Counted from the stretch's first letter, positions 17,393 through 27,999 are shown. The stretch: 63,378 nucleotides of DNA from an uncultured Turneriella sp. (GCA_964356715.1 CAYHJO010000001.1:1-63378); one strand, 5' to 3'. The notes: a model not told the origin generated them from the letters alone. Program-made: numbers and translations.

Positions 17393-19155
17393 TGGACGGC
17401 ATTTCACGCGCATGGACGGCGATCAGTGAGATCGGTATCCGCTATGCGCTGAATGATTCTGCGCGCAAAATGGTGCGCCTGCAGAACCGTATTGCCGTCA
17501 TTTCGGCAGTGATTGTCGCTGTGCAGGCTTATAGCTTTTTTACGCTCGGCCTGCATTATCTGCTCGTTGTCAATGCGTGCGCCGCTGCGGCCTATCTTTC
17601 CTGTCTGATTTTTTCCGTGACCGGCCATCTGCTGTTTGCGCGCATCGTGTTTCTGACTACCGCGACGTTCGCGATCACACACCACCATCTGTATTTCGGT
17701 TTTGCTGCGGGATTCTGGATTCTCTTCCTCGCCCTCTGCCAGGCGATTTTCGCGTTATTTCCGGAATGGAGCATGCGCCGGCTGATATTACTGTCTTCTC
17801 TGTTGGGTCTCGCCATAATACTGGTACTTGTCTTTTCTTACAGTTTTCCGCCCCTTTACGCCGGAATGAGCGCCGAGCTGGCACAGAAATTCATGCGCGG
17901 CAATGTCATTCGCGGCCCGATTTTACTGCTCATTGTCGCATATTATCTCGTGCACGAAAACCGCAGAACGGAAGAGGCGTTGCGCTTCACAGCCACCAAG
18001 GCCACAGAAGCGGCCGAGGCCAAGTCGTTTTTTCTTTCGAACATATCGCATGAACTGCGCACACCGATGAACGCGATCAAAGGCTTTGCCGATATTCTGC
18101 TCGAAGATGCCTCTTCGCTCGGCGAAGCAGCTAAACGAGAGAAATTTACCACCCACCTGAACCAGATTCGCATTTCAGCCGCAAACCTGACTTCGATCAT
18201 CGACGACATTCTCGATTTTGCGCGCATTGGCAACGGCAGAATACGTTTCCGCAACAAGGATTTTGATCTGCAGGAACTCGCGGGCAATGTGATGCAGACC
18301 GCGCAGTTTTACGGACACCAGAATAATCGTCTTGAGATACAGACCGAACTCGATGCCGCTTTGCCGCGCCATGTCAGGGGTGACCCGGTGCGGCTCAGCC
18401 AGATTCTGTTGAACATACTGAGCAACGCGATGAAGTTCACGCACTCCGGCTTCGTGAGACTGAAGATTTCGTTGCGCGAAAGCACAGAGCAGGCGCACTA
18501 TATCTCGTTTGACGTCGAAGACTCGGGCATCGGCATACCTGGCGAAAAGCTGCCCTTCCTGTTCGACAGTTTTTCGCAGGTTTCGCGCGAAACAGCCGTG
18601 CGGTACGGGGGTACGGGCCTCGGTCTCGCGATCAGCAAACACCTCGTCGAAATGCAGGGCGGCACAATAGCGGTCATGAGCAGCCCCGGCAAGGGATCGC
18701 TCTTCACAGTCAATCTGTGGTTCGACAAAGGTATGGCCGAAAAGACCGCAGATGGCAAGCCAGTGCGCGATCTGCGCAAGGCACGCATCCTCGTGGCCGA
18801 AGACAATGAAGTGAACCAGATGCTCATTCAGAATATTCTCGAGTCATGGAACGCGGATCTGCAGCTTGTTGAAAACGGTCTCGCAGCGCTCGGCCAGGCA
18901 CAGAAACGGGATTTCGACCTGATTCTGATGGATCTGCAGATGCCATTCATGGACGGTCTCGAAGCCACGGAAAACATCCGTGCGCTCGAAAACAAAAAAC
19001 ATGCGTCGGTACCGATCGTGGCGCTCACAGCGGACGTGCTCAGCGAAACGCGCAAGCGTGCGTTCGCTGTCGGCATGAATGATCTCGTGACAAAACCGAT
19101 CAATCAGGCAGATCTTTACGCAGTGCTCAAAAAAGCGCTGGGCCTGCCAGACTAG
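17392..19155 (+). CDS. Membrane hybrid histidine kinase / response regulator
   Basis: SHELRTPMNAI H-box, NILSNAMKFT, DSGIGI, GGTGLGL; receiver EDN...MDLQMP...KP. Confidence 0.93.
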   Translation: MDGISRAWTAISEIGIRYALNDSARKMVRLQNRIAVISAVIVAVQAYSFFTLGLHYLLVVNACAAAAYLSCLIFSVTGHLLFARIVFLTTATFAITHHHLYFGFAAGFWILFLALCQAIFALFPEWSMRRLILLSSLLGLAIILVLVFSYSFPPLYAGMSAELAQKFMRGNVIRGPILLLIVAYYLVHENRRTEEALRFTATKATEAAEAKSFFLSNISHELRTPMNAIKGFADILLEDASSLGEAAKREKFTTHLNQIRISAANLTSIIDDILDFARIGNGRIRFRNKDFDLQELAGNVMQTAQFYGHQNNRLEIQTELDAALPRHVRGDPVRLSQILLNILSNAMKFTHSGFVRLKISLRESTEQAHYISFDVEDSGIGIPGEKLPFLFDSFSQVSRETAVRYGGTGLGLAISKHLVEMQGGTIAVMSSPGKGSLFTVNLWFDKGMAEKTADGKPVRDLRKARILVAEDNEVNQMLIQNILESWNADLQLVENGLAALGQAQKRDFDLILMDLQMPFMDGLEATENIRALENKKHASVPIVALTADVLSETRKRAFAVGMNDLVTKPINQADLYAVLKKALGLPD

Positions 19156-19185
19156 TCTGCGCGCAACGTCCGGCAGCGAGCGTTA

Positions 19186-20196
19186 TTAAATATGGCGCGC
19201 AACGGCGGCATAGACCTGGTCTGCGGTCAGTTCGCGCGCACAGCGGAAGTGTTTTTTGGGGCACACCTCGAGTCCCTTGTGGTTGCACGGCCGGCACTCA
19301 ATGTTGCGCGCAGAAAGAACCTCAGCCCCGGCGCTCAGCGGGAAAAAACCAAATTCTTCAACAGTGCTCAGAAAAAGTGCAATGAGCGGCGTCTTCGCCG
19401 CGGAGAGAAGATGCATGAGCCCGCTGTCGTTTGTGACAACTGCGCAGGCCAGATCGGCAAGCGCCGGCATTTGAGCTACCGAAAGCTCATTGCACAGGAA
19501 CTCCATGCGTTTTGCATGCCGTTTGAGATAAGGATGTTCTTTGAGAAAATCAAAGACACCGGTTTCGTCGCTGCCGCCGAGCCAGATAATCTTTTTCAGC
19601 GGATGCTTTTCGAGTATCCTGGAGGCCAGCGAGGCGAAATATTCTGCGGGCCAGCGCTTGGTGGTCCAACGTGCTCCTGGCGCAATCAGTACCGGTTTTT
19701 CAGCGGCAAAGCGCTCCATCTTTTTGGGCAGCGCTTCGCGGCGCAGAGAAACCACTTCGCTGCGCGGCGTGTCGTCGATGCCCGCGAGAGTCTCGAAGTA
19801 ACGGTCGGCGACCTTTTTCTTTTCTGTATAACGGTTTTTTTTCAGGTAAACCAGCAATATGCGGTTTAAGTAGGGTTTGCGGTAACGCCGTTTTTTTTCT
19901 GCGCTCAAAACCAGCGACAGAATACGGGTTTTTAGGTTACTCTGCAGGTCGAGCACCAGGTCGTAACGATCGATTTCCGCGTGCAAGGCCGCGCGCACTG
20001 CAAATACCGACTGCCCGTTTTTCCACGTTTCAATTTTGTCTGCATCGGGGCAGGCCGCGATGAATTCGGCGTAACGCTCTTTGACAAGAAAGGTAATGCG
20101 GGCATGAGGAAAGAGTCTCCTGAGTCGCTGCAGCACGGGAGTTGTCAGCAGAATATCGCCGATCGCGCTGAGGCGTATGACCAGAATTTCTTTCAT
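19186..20196 (-). CDS. Glycosyltransferase family 9 (LPS heptosyltransferase-like)
   Basis: IRLSAIGDILLTTP, PGARWTTKRWP, TNDSGLMHL, CRPC...CP..HFRC. Confidence 0.9.
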   Translation of the reverse strand: MKEILVIRLSAIGDILLTTPVLQRLRRLFPHARITFLVKERYAEFIAACPDADKIETWKNGQSVFAVRAALHAEIDRYDLVLDLQSNLKTRILSLVLSAEKKRRYRKPYLNRILLVYLKKNRYTEKKKVADRYFETLAGIDDTPRSEVVSLRREALPKKMERFAAEKPVLIAPGARWTTKRWPAEYFASLASRILEKHPLKKIIWLGGSDETGVFDFLKEHPYLKRHAKRMEFLCNELSVAQMPALADLACAVVTNDSGLMHLLSAAKTPLIALFLSTVEEFGFFPLSAGAEVLSARNIECRPCNHKGLEVCPKKHFRCARELTADQVYAAVARHI

Positions 20197-20834
20197 CTTG
20201 GATTTGCCAGTGCCAATTTGCGAATCCGCAGGGAAAGTGCTTCAAAGTCTGCGGCCGTAAGCCCGCTGGTTCGCACATCCACCTCGGGCTTATGCGGCAT
20301 TGCGTTCAATTGGCGGAATACTTCGCGGTAGTTTGCCGCAATGCGCTCAAGCCGCGCTTCGGTCTCGAACACGTCGAGCTGCGCGCGGGAATTCATGCGC
20401 GCGAGTGCAACGTTAACCGGTAGATCGAGAAACACCACGAGATCGGGCAGACGTATCTGATTATTTGCGAGGTAGGCATTCAGTATCGCATGGATCTGGC
20501 TGTTATCCATAGCCTGGTATGCGGCGGTAGAAAAAAAATAGCGGTCGAGAAGGACAATTTTCCCGGCAAGCAGGGCCGGCAAAATCTGGTGTTTGAGGTC
20601 CCACAGGCGGTCGATGAGAAATAGTTCGAGCAGTTCGCTGCTCATTTGCGCATCGACTTCTCTGGCTGTGCGCAGTATGCGGCGGATTTCGCGCGAAGCA
20701 TCAGTTTTTTCCGTTGGCTCGCGCAAAGCCACGCAACTGAAACCATGCGGCTCCAGGTGCGAGCAGATTTCGCCGATAGTTGTGGATTTGCCGCTGCCGT
20801 CAATTCCCTCGAAAACAATAAATGCGCCAGCCAT
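20193..20834 (-). CDS. tmk: Thymidylate (dTMP) kinase
   Basis: FEGIDGSGKST, REP, LDRYFFSTAAYQ, PDLVVFLD. Confidence 0.92.
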   Translation of the reverse strand: MAGAFIVFEGIDGSGKSTTIGEICSHLEPHGFSCVALREPTEKTDASREIRRILRTAREVDAQMSSELLELFLIDRLWDLKHQILPALLAGKIVLLDRYFFSTAAYQAMDNSQIHAILNAYLANNQIRLPDLVVFLDLPVNVALARMNSRAQLDVFETEARLERIAANYREVFRQLNAMPHKPEVDVRTSGLTAADFEALSLRIRKLALANPR

Positions 20835-20997
20835 TGCGATGTACCCCGGTACGTGTCGGCTACCAGTGGGGACATTGACGGAAGGCGAAATGCATGATAC
20901 ACTATAAAAGCGCCGGTTGTTCATTCAGGGAAAGCGATAGCGGCGGAATAAACTGTAATTAGGGTTGATTTGCTATGCGCCCAAATTATTTGAACCG

Positions 20998-22902
20998 ATG
21001 GCGAACCTGAACAAGTATACAATGTATGAACTGCTCACGACTGCGGTTGCGCAGGGGGGCGAGTCGGTTGCGCAGATGTACCGCGCAGAAAAGAACGCAC
21101 CTTACAGCAAACTTACTTTTAACGAATTTTTTGAAAAGGCGCGTGCCATCAGTCTCGGGCTCGATGCTATCGGTCTGAAGGCCGGTGATAAAGTCGGCTT
21201 TATCGCCGACGTCGGAAACCAGTGGTTGCCGATCAGTATGGGTATCACCGCAATAGGCGGTGTGGACGTGCCGCGCGGCACCGATGCAACTCCGCAGGAA
21301 CTGCTCTATATTTTTCAGCACGCGGATTGTCCGATTATCATTCTGGAAAATGAAAAAGTTTATGCGAGCATTTCCGGGAAAATCGGTGAATTCGGCAATC
21401 TCAGGACGGTCATCTTCATGAACGGCGCCAAACCTTCTGTACCGTCCGGTATCAAGGTCTTCAGCCTCGACGAAATTATCAGCAGTGGCAAGAGCCAGCA
21501 CGCCGCTGCTCCGAATCGCTACACAGAGTTGGGTCAACGCGTGGGCGAAGAAGATCTTGTCACAATCATCTATACTTCCGGAACTACGGGTAATCCTAAG
21601 GGTGTGATGCATTCGAATAAATCACTCACCTGGGAGATTTCGCACGTCGGCGACGGCATCGATTTCAAAGCCAACGGCGTGACGATGGGCTTTTTGCCTC
21701 CCTGGCACGTCGCCGAGCGCCTGATCGAATCTGTCGCACTGACAAAATCAGTGGCTATTGCGTTCACGTCGGTGCCGACCATGGCGAAAGATCTGCTCGA
21801 AGCGCGGCCGACGTTTCTCTTGTCGGTGCCGCGAGTATGGGAGAGTCTCTATAATCGTGTGCTCGACAACGTCAAAAAGGCCCCACCGATAGCGCGTGGT
21901 CTGTTCAACTTTTCGCGCTGGACCGCGATGCATTTTTCCCAGGAGAAGGATGTCCTTGCCAACAACAAGTATCGCCTCGATGTTCCTTCTGTCTTTTATC
22001 ATATCTGTCGCCGGCCGCTGGCGCTGCTCAACCTTATTCTGCTTTTTGTGCCGAACCTGCTGGCGCAGGCCATTCTGGGTAAAGTGCGCAAGAATCTTGG
22101 TGGCCGCGTCGAATTTGCCTTGTCAGGTGCCGGTGCTCTGCCAGAGTACATAGATCGCTTCTTCTATTCACTGGGAATTGCGATTGTGGAAACTTATGGT
22201 ATGACCGAGACCGGCGGGGTAACATGCCGCCGTACATATCCGGGGACGGTGATCGGCACAGTCGGCAAGCCCATCGCCGGCACCAAAGTCAAATTGCTCG
22301 ACGACCATGGCAACGAAGTGACAAAACCGAACACCAAAGGCGTTTGCTGGCATTCAGGCCCGCATATCATGAAGGGCTACTATAAAGAAGAACAGAAAAC
22401 CGCTGAAGTGCTAAAAGATGGCTGGCTCAATTCAGGCGACATACTCGTGTATACAGCTAATGGTGAGCTCAAATTTGCCGGTCGAGCCAAAGACACCATC
22501 GTGTTATTCGGCGGTGAAAATGTGGAGCCGCAACCCATTGAAGACACACTGATTCAAAGCGAATACATCCACCAGATTGTGGTCGTCGGTCAGGATAAAA
22601 AAAATCTCGGCGCGCTGATTGTGCCGGCCAAAGACGCGGTGCTGAAATACGCCGAAACCAACAAGATCAGCCTGCCGGCAGAGATGCGCGATTGGCCGGT
22701 CAACGCCGATATCCAGAAACTGTTCAAAGCAGAAATCAAAGACCGCGTCTCAGAAAAAGCCGGATTTAAGAACTTCGAAAAGGTATCCACATTTACCGTA
22801 ATACCCGATGAGTTCAAGATCGGCGACGAGCTGACGCAGACGCTGAAAGTGCGTCGCAACGTGGTGTTCGACAAGTCCGAGAAACAGACCGAACATATGT
22901 AA
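20998..22902 (+). CDS. fadD: Long-chain fatty acid-CoA ligase
   Basis: IIYTSGTTGNPKGVM, YGMTE, GWLNSGD, GRAKD..GGENVEP, TLKVRR. Confidence 0.9.
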   Translation: MANLNKYTMYELLTTAVAQGGESVAQMYRAEKNAPYSKLTFNEFFEKARAISLGLDAIGLKAGDKVGFIADVGNQWLPISMGITAIGGVDVPRGTDATPQELLYIFQHADCPIIILENEKVYASISGKIGEFGNLRTVIFMNGAKPSVPSGIKVFSLDEIISSGKSQHAAAPNRYTELGQRVGEEDLVTIIYTSGTTGNPKGVMHSNKSLTWEISHVGDGIDFKANGVTMGFLPPWHVAERLIESVALTKSVAIAFTSVPTMAKDLLEARPTFLLSVPRVWESLYNRVLDNVKKAPPIARGLFNFSRWTAMHFSQEKDVLANNKYRLDVPSVFYHICRRPLALLNLILLFVPNLLAQAILGKVRKNLGGRVEFALSGAGALPEYIDRFFYSLGIAIVETYGMTETGGVTCRRTYPGTVIGTVGKPIAGTKVKLLDDHGNEVTKPNTKGVCWHSGPHIMKGYYKEEQKTAEVLKDGWLNSGDILVYTANGELKFAGRAKDTIVLFGGENVEPQPIEDTLIQSEYIHQIVVVGQDKKNLGALIVPAKDAVLKYAETNKISLPAEMRDWPVNADIQKLFKAEIKDRVSEKAGFKNFEKVSTFTVIPDEFKIGDELTQTLKVRRNVVFDKSEKQTEHM

Positions 22903-22920
22903 AAGTACGCCGCCGGTGGG

Positions 22921-22948
22921 CGAGTAGCCCGGCGCGCCGGGCTACTCG
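22921..22948. repeat. 28-bp perfect palindrome between convergent genes (REP-like or terminator)
   Basis: CGAGTAGCCCGGCG|CGCCGGGCTACTCG. Confidence 0.7.
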
Positions 22949-22965
22949 AGACCGCTGTTGCAAGC

Positions 22966-23952
22966 TCAAATTTCACGCAGTAACTTTTTCAGTGCCGGCG
23001 TCACGGCCTGCTTGCGGCGCTGCATCATGCGGGCCGCATCTTCCATGAATTTATTGCGATCGTAAATCTTTGTTTCGCCCCACAGAAACGGGCGAAAGTA
23101 GCCAGAGCGGTGCGACAAGCCGAACAGGTTCGCGCCGAGGTCTACAATCGAGCCGGTGCCGAGCATGGTGCCAATTGCAGTCTTCGCGTAATCGCCAATG
23201 ATCGAACCAAATTTGATCGTGCCAGCCGCATACTTTTCTGCGCCGAAAGTCAGGCGCACCTCGCCATAGTTATTCTTAAGATCAGATGTGGTGGTCATTG
23301 CACCGAGATTCACCCAGTCGCCCACAATAGAGTGCCCGAGAAATCCCTCGTGGTGTTTGTTCGTATAATTGCCGATGATCGAGTCGGCGATCTCGCCGCC
23401 GAGACGGCAATCGTTGCCGGCAATGGCGTTGCTGATATGGCAGTTGTCGAGCTGCGTGCGCTGTCCGATATAGAGCGGGCCTTTGAGCAGGCAGAAGGCG
23501 CCAATGCGGGCGCCGGCATCAATGACAACCGGGCCGGCCTCAGTGTTCAAAACCGCATGCGCAGAAACCTGCGCATCGGTGTGGATATGACAATGCGTCG
23601 GCTCCCCATCTATTTGCAGTCGAAAATTTCCCTGCGACTGGAATTCGGCCGGTAGGTAGGTAATATCCTCTGCAATGCGTTCCCCGATATTTTCCAGTAA
23701 ATGCGTCGGTTTGACTTCCGCTGTTCCGGAATGTGTCAGCGCAAAAGGGGGATTGCCCTCATACAACGCTGCAAGGTTGCTTAATTCTGCCTCTGTTCGC
23801 TTTGAGGCCAGGAGTTTTGGATGTTTGTTCTGCCGTTTGAGGCGGGCCAGCGGCTGCAGAATACCGTCACGCAGAAGGTAGAGTGGCCGCAACCGCAACA
23901 CCGGCGTCAGCGTAGGCTCGAAAAGATCGATGATTGTCTCTTCTGCCAACAA
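22966..23952 (-). CDS. Hexapeptide-repeat GlmU-like / putative sugar nucleotidyltransferase-family protein
   Basis: Left-handed beta-helix repeats; NKHHEGFLGHS, WVNLGA.T..SDLKNNYG. Confidence 0.8.
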   Translation of the reverse strand: MLAEETIIDLFEPTLTPVLRLRPLYLLRDGILQPLARLKRQNKHPKLLASKRTEAELSNLAALYEGNPPFALTHSGTAEVKPTHLLENIGERIAEDITYLPAEFQSQGNFRLQIDGEPTHCHIHTDAQVSAHAVLNTEAGPVVIDAGARIGAFCLLKGPLYIGQRTQLDNCHISNAIAGNDCRLGGEIADSIIGNYTNKHHEGFLGHSIVGDWVNLGAMTTTSDLKNNYGEVRLTFGAEKYAAGTIKFGSIIGDYAKTAIGTMLGTGSIVDLGANLFGLSHRSGYFRPFLWGETKIYDRNKFMEDAARMMQRRKQAVTPALKKLLREI

Positions 23953-23956
23953 TACC

Positions 23957-24745
23957 TCAACGCACGACGCGTAACAGATCAGAGATATGGTAGAAGTACG
24001 TGTTCAGGCTGTGTCCTGAAAGCAGCGAATGCGTGCCGATCATGAGCAACGACGCGCCAACGGGAATAGTGAGGTTGTCGTCGAGAAATCCTTCGTGGCT
24101 AACAAATTCAATCAGCAAAGCGACGATTGAACCGATTATGAGCGTGACCCAGTTTTCGAGACGAATGCCATGGTTGTCCCAGAGGACGTAGTCGGAGTTC
24201 ACATGCGCGGCGGAAATCAGCAGCAGGAAAATCAATCCGGCGACGAGCGCGCCGCCCATGCCGCCCAGAGTGCCCTGCAGACTTTTGCCGTTATAGAAGC
24301 GGATCGTGCCGTATTTGCCGCCGACGAGGGCTGCGGCCGGATCGCCGAAGGTCAGAAATAGCACAGAGAGAATGGCGATCTCACGGGGAAAAAAACCGAC
24401 CACAACGCACAGCGCGAGAATGTAGGGTACACTGCCGTGCATTTTGTCGAGTTCTTTGCCTTTAAGCATCGGCCCGGCAACTTTCACAAACATATTCTGC
24501 CAGAATTTGAAGCGGAAACGCAAAAATTCAATGATGAGAAAAAATACCGTGATTATGCCGGTGATCCAGAAAATGATGGATCGCGTGGTTTCCTGAAAAC
24601 GCCATGGGCTGATACCGTCGAGCAGGTTGAAAAAATAACCAAATGGCACGATCAGCCCGATGAGGTGAAACAGCTTGCGGACGTAATTGAACTTGTCGCC
24701 CGCCTTGTTTTCCTTGCTGAAAAGTTTCTTGGGTTCATCATTCAT
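23957..24745 (-). CDS. Dolichol/phytol kinase-cytidylyltransferase family membrane protein
   Basis: RKLFHL, GDPAAALVG, KSLQGT, DDNLTIP. Confidence 0.85.
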   Translation of the reverse strand: MNDEPKKLFSKENKAGDKFNYVRKLFHLIGLIVPFGYFFNLLDGISPWRFQETTRSIIFWITGIITVFFLIIEFLRFRFKFWQNMFVKVAGPMLKGKELDKMHGSVPYILALCVVVGFFPREIAILSVLFLTFGDPAAALVGGKYGTIRFYNGKSLQGTLGGMGGALVAGLIFLLLISAAHVNSDYVLWDNHGIRLENWVTLIIGSIVALLIEFVSHEGFLDDNLTIPVGASLLMIGTHSLLSGHSLNTYFYHISDLLRVVR

Positions 24746-24838
24746 AAAACAATTGCTCCGTTATTGCTGCGGGTGGTCGGATAAGCTCATATTGTACGCT
24801 CCGTACGCCATTGGCCGCTTACCAAGGAACAATGGTGG

Positions 24839-25192
24839 TCAGGTGAGCAGTTTTTCGGCCGCCATGCGCGACGGTGCATATGAAAACATTTCAGTGAAGC
24901 CGGTCATGCTGATGACCTGCTGCACGCGCGCGGACGGTTGAATCAGCGCGAGTTTTTTGCCGCTGCGCGAGAGCTGTTCACTCATTTCAAACAGCAGGCC
25001 GATACCGGTGGAAACGATTAACTCGACTTCGCTCAAATCGAGCAAAACATGATTTTTCGTCGCAGCATCGAGAAATTTGCGGCGCACTTCGTGAGTGTTT
25101 TGTGAGTTCATAGCACCTTTAATTTTGAAAAAGGTATAGGTCTGCGCTTTTTCTTCGGTAACCTGAAATTGTTGCTCTGCCGGCGTCGCCAT
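24839..25192 (-). CDS. STAS-domain anti-sigma factor antagonist
   Basis: LDLSEVELIVSTGIG motif; start probably ATG 25192. Confidence 0.85.
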   Translation of the reverse strand: MATPAEQQFQVTEEKAQTYTFFKIKGAMNSQNTHEVRRKFLDAATKNHVLLDLSEVELIVSTGIGLLFEMSEQLSRSGKKLALIQPSARVQQVISMTGFTEMFSYAPSRMAAEKLLT

Positions 25193-25322
25193 GAGATTGG
25201 CAATTTGGCAGGGCAAGGCAGACGCACAACAAAAAATCTATTCAAATCCGCATTCCTGCACATCCGGTCTCTGATGGTCTCTAATCCACTTGACGCGACG
25301 CACCATACAGGCACCGCCGCTA

Positions 25323-26534
25323 ATGTTTTCCTTGCTGAAATCGCTAATCTATGCCGGCGCGGATCTTGACGCACACCGCCGCCGATACATAGTGAACGCT
25401 AACGTTTTTGCGGTGATTGTCATCGTCATCACGATGCCATACCCTTTTGTTTACATGTATCTGCACGTGGACGTCGATCCGCTGATACTGGCAGGCAGTC
25501 TGATTTTTCTTGGCGCTTACGCGATCGTAATCTTATTTAACTATCTTAGATTGCATACATTATCCAAGCTGCTGTTTTTTGCCACCGCAGTCTGCCAGTT
25601 ATTTTCGATCTGCGTTATTTTTGGCAAAGGTACCGGACTCGAACAGTTTTTCTATGCCGCTTTTGTCGGTGTTTTTTTTGTGGTGGATCGATACCAACGC
25701 ATCCTGATTATTCCCGCTTTGCTCATTCTCACCGCCGAATACCTGCTGATACAATATATTAACGCGTACATTGATCCGATCGTCAAGGTGTCAGAAGAAA
25801 CAGCGCGCATTATCAGTTACATCACTTCGGGCGCGGTGTTTTCGCTTCTGGCTGCACAATGCCTATATTTTTACTGGAGTAACCAGAAGGCCGAACAGGA
25901 GCTGGAAACAGCACGCCAGCAATCCGACAAACTGCTGCTCAATATTCTGCCGGAGCCGATAGCCGATGAACTCAAACGCACCGGTTATGTTGAGCCTGTC
26001 GAGCATGATTCGGTGACTGTGGTTTTCACGGATTTTGTCGGTTTTACGGCAAGTTCAGAAACACGGAATCCATCGGAGCTACTCAGGGAGCTCGATGATT
26101 GTTTTTCAGCCTTCGACGCGATCATTGAACGGCACGGCCTCGAGAAGCTGAAAACAATCGGCGATGCGTATATGTTCGCGGGTGGTGTGCCTACCAATCT
26201 CGAAGACAATGCACAGCAGTGTGTGCAGGCGGCGAAGGAAATCATCGCCTTTGTCGAAACGCGGCGCAGCCACAATCCACGCTTCTGGCAAATTCGCGTC
26301 GGTGTGCACACAGGGCGTCTGGTGGCAGGGGTTATTGGTCGGAAAAAATTCATCTACGATGTTTGGGGTGACACGGTGAACACAGCGAGCCGGCTGGAGG
26401 CGGCGGGCGAACCAGGTCGGATTAATACTTCATTGGAAACTTATGATCTGATCAAGAACAGGTATGCCTGTGACTTTCGCGGTGAAATACAGGTGAAGGG
26501 CAAAGGTTCTTTGCCGATGTATTTTGTGCAGTAG
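25323..26534 (+). CDS. Membrane class III adenylate/guanylate cyclase
   Basis: TM domain, then LLLNILP, FTDFVGFT, KTIGDAYM, YDVWGDTVNTASR. Confidence 0.92.
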   Translation: MFSLLKSLIYAGADLDAHRRRYIVNANVFAVIVIVITMPYPFVYMYLHVDVDPLILAGSLIFLGAYAIVILFNYLRLHTLSKLLFFATAVCQLFSICVIFGKGTGLEQFFYAAFVGVFFVVDRYQRILIIPALLILTAEYLLIQYINAYIDPIVKVSEETARIISYITSGAVFSLLAAQCLYFYWSNQKAEQELETARQQSDKLLLNILPEPIADELKRTGYVEPVEHDSVTVVFTDFVGFTASSETRNPSELLRELDDCFSAFDAIIERHGLEKLKTIGDAYMFAGGVPTNLEDNAQQCVQAAKEIIAFVETRRSHNPRFWQIRVGVHTGRLVAGVIGRKKFIYDVWGDTVNTASRLEAAGEPGRINTSLETYDLIKNRYACDFRGEIQVKGKGSLPMYFVQ

Positions 26535-27113
26535 TCAGCTTGCGAATTGCATTACTTCAAGAATTTGCCATGGTGACAGTCCTGATTTTGGAATCATTTC
26601 TGTAATCTGCACCCATTGCAGACTACGTGCGGTATTGATTTGCGTCGAACACTGATAGCTAATAAAAACCGGGGAAGTATTGGAACGATTGGCATACTTG
26701 CGCTTCCAGAAATCCTTGTCTCCATGGCACCGCGAAGGAAGAGAACCAGATAAAATTTCCTCCAACATGCGGGGCAGGTAGACGCGGACTGCAAAATCCA
26801 GCATGCGAGATACCGATTCGCCCGAATGTTGGGCACGCTGGCTCACGGCTGCGTGCAATACCTGATTAATATACAATGGACGAATTCTGTATTCCTGTCC
26901 TTCTATGTTATATCTGCGCAAACAGGCATTCTTTTTTCCGCGTCCGTGCCAATGAACCAGGTAATACTGCAATAACCATGAAAAAACGCGCTGCTCTGAG
27001 AAATCAATCTTTTGCCTCGAAAGTATCAGAATTGCTGCCTTTACGCGCCGCAGCGAGCGCATTCGCAAGGTCACTGAGGTGTGGTAACTGTCCAGCGGGC
27101 TGATCCTTTGCAT
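26535..27113 (-). CDS. Hypothetical protein, DUF1564-like (Leptospiraceae family)
   Basis: Basic protein with an RHH-like segment A..SGESVSRMLDFAVR; family recalled, not searched. Confidence 0.6.
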   Translation of the reverse strand: MQRISPLDSYHTSVTLRMRSLRRVKAAILILSRQKIDFSEQRVFSWLLQYYLVHWHGRGKKNACLRRYNIEGQEYRIRPLYINQVLHAAVSQRAQHSGESVSRMLDFAVRVYLPRMLEEILSGSLPSRCHGDKDFWKRKYANRSNTSPVFISYQCSTQINTARSLQWVQITEMIPKSGLSPWQILEVMQFAS

Positions 27114-27188
27114 CTATATATTAAATACCAAAAATCAGGCATTTTTTCTCACGGGATTCGGAAAAAATGCAAAACCCGAGCACGGCGT

Positions 27189-27941
27189 TCAGGCTATCAT
27201 ACTGTCAGTCAGCTCCAGGTTACTATAAACGTTTTGCACATCATCGTTGTCTTCGAGGGCTTCGATAAGTTCCAGGGCCTCCTTTGCCTTTTCACCTTCG
27301 ACGGTGATAGTTGACTGTGGAATATATTCCAGACCCGATTTGGTAATTTTGAAACCTTTTGCGGCGAGTTTTGGCTCCATGGCGGAAAGCACAGCATGAA
27401 AATCGTTGACGGCCGTTTTGACGGCATAGGCCTTTTCATCGTCTTTTTCAATGTCTTCGGCACCGGCGTCGAGCGCAATTTCCATGACGTCGTCTTCTGT
27501 TATATTTTCGCCCTCGATGAGAATCAGGCCCTTTTTGTCGAAAAGATATGCCACGGCATTCGCCTCTGCCATCGTGCCACCGTTCGATTTAAAGGTACTC
27601 TTGAGTTCCGGTACCGTGCGGGATTTCTTGTCGGTTAAAACCTCAACCATGATGGCGATGCCACCCGGGCCATATCCCTCGTAGACACCTTCTTCGTACG
27701 TTACGCCTTCGAGTTCACCCGTGCCTTTTTTAATGGCCCGCTCGATATTGTCTTTCGGCATGCTGTTCTGCCGCGCTTTGAGCGCCGCTGTTCTCAGGCG
27801 CGGGTTCGATGCTTCGTCGCCGCCGCCGAGTTTTGCTGCCACCATGATTTCCTTCGCGAGTTTGGTGAACATCGCCCCGCGTTTTGCATCAGCTGCGCCT
27901 TTGCGGTGCTGAATATTTTTCCACTTACTATGGCCTGCCAT
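27189..27941 (-). CDS. yebC: YebC/PmpR family protein
   Basis: MAGHSKWKNIQHRK, NPRLR, YEGYGPGG, DDVQNVYSN. Confidence 0.95.
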   Translation of the reverse strand: MAGHSKWKNIQHRKGAADAKRGAMFTKLAKEIMVAAKLGGGDEASNPRLRTAALKARQNSMPKDNIERAIKKGTGELEGVTYEEGVYEGYGPGGIAIMVEVLTDKKSRTVPELKSTFKSNGGTMAEANAVAYLFDKKGLILIEGENITEDDVMEIALDAGAEDIEKDDEKAYAVKTAVNDFHAVLSAMEPKLAAKGFKITKSGLEYIPQSTITVEGEKAKEALELIEALEDNDDVQNVYSNLELTDSMIA

Positions 27942-27999
27942 ACGCGGATTAATTGCGTATTCCTGACGGCTCGCAAAGTACAATCAGGATCGAAACTTG

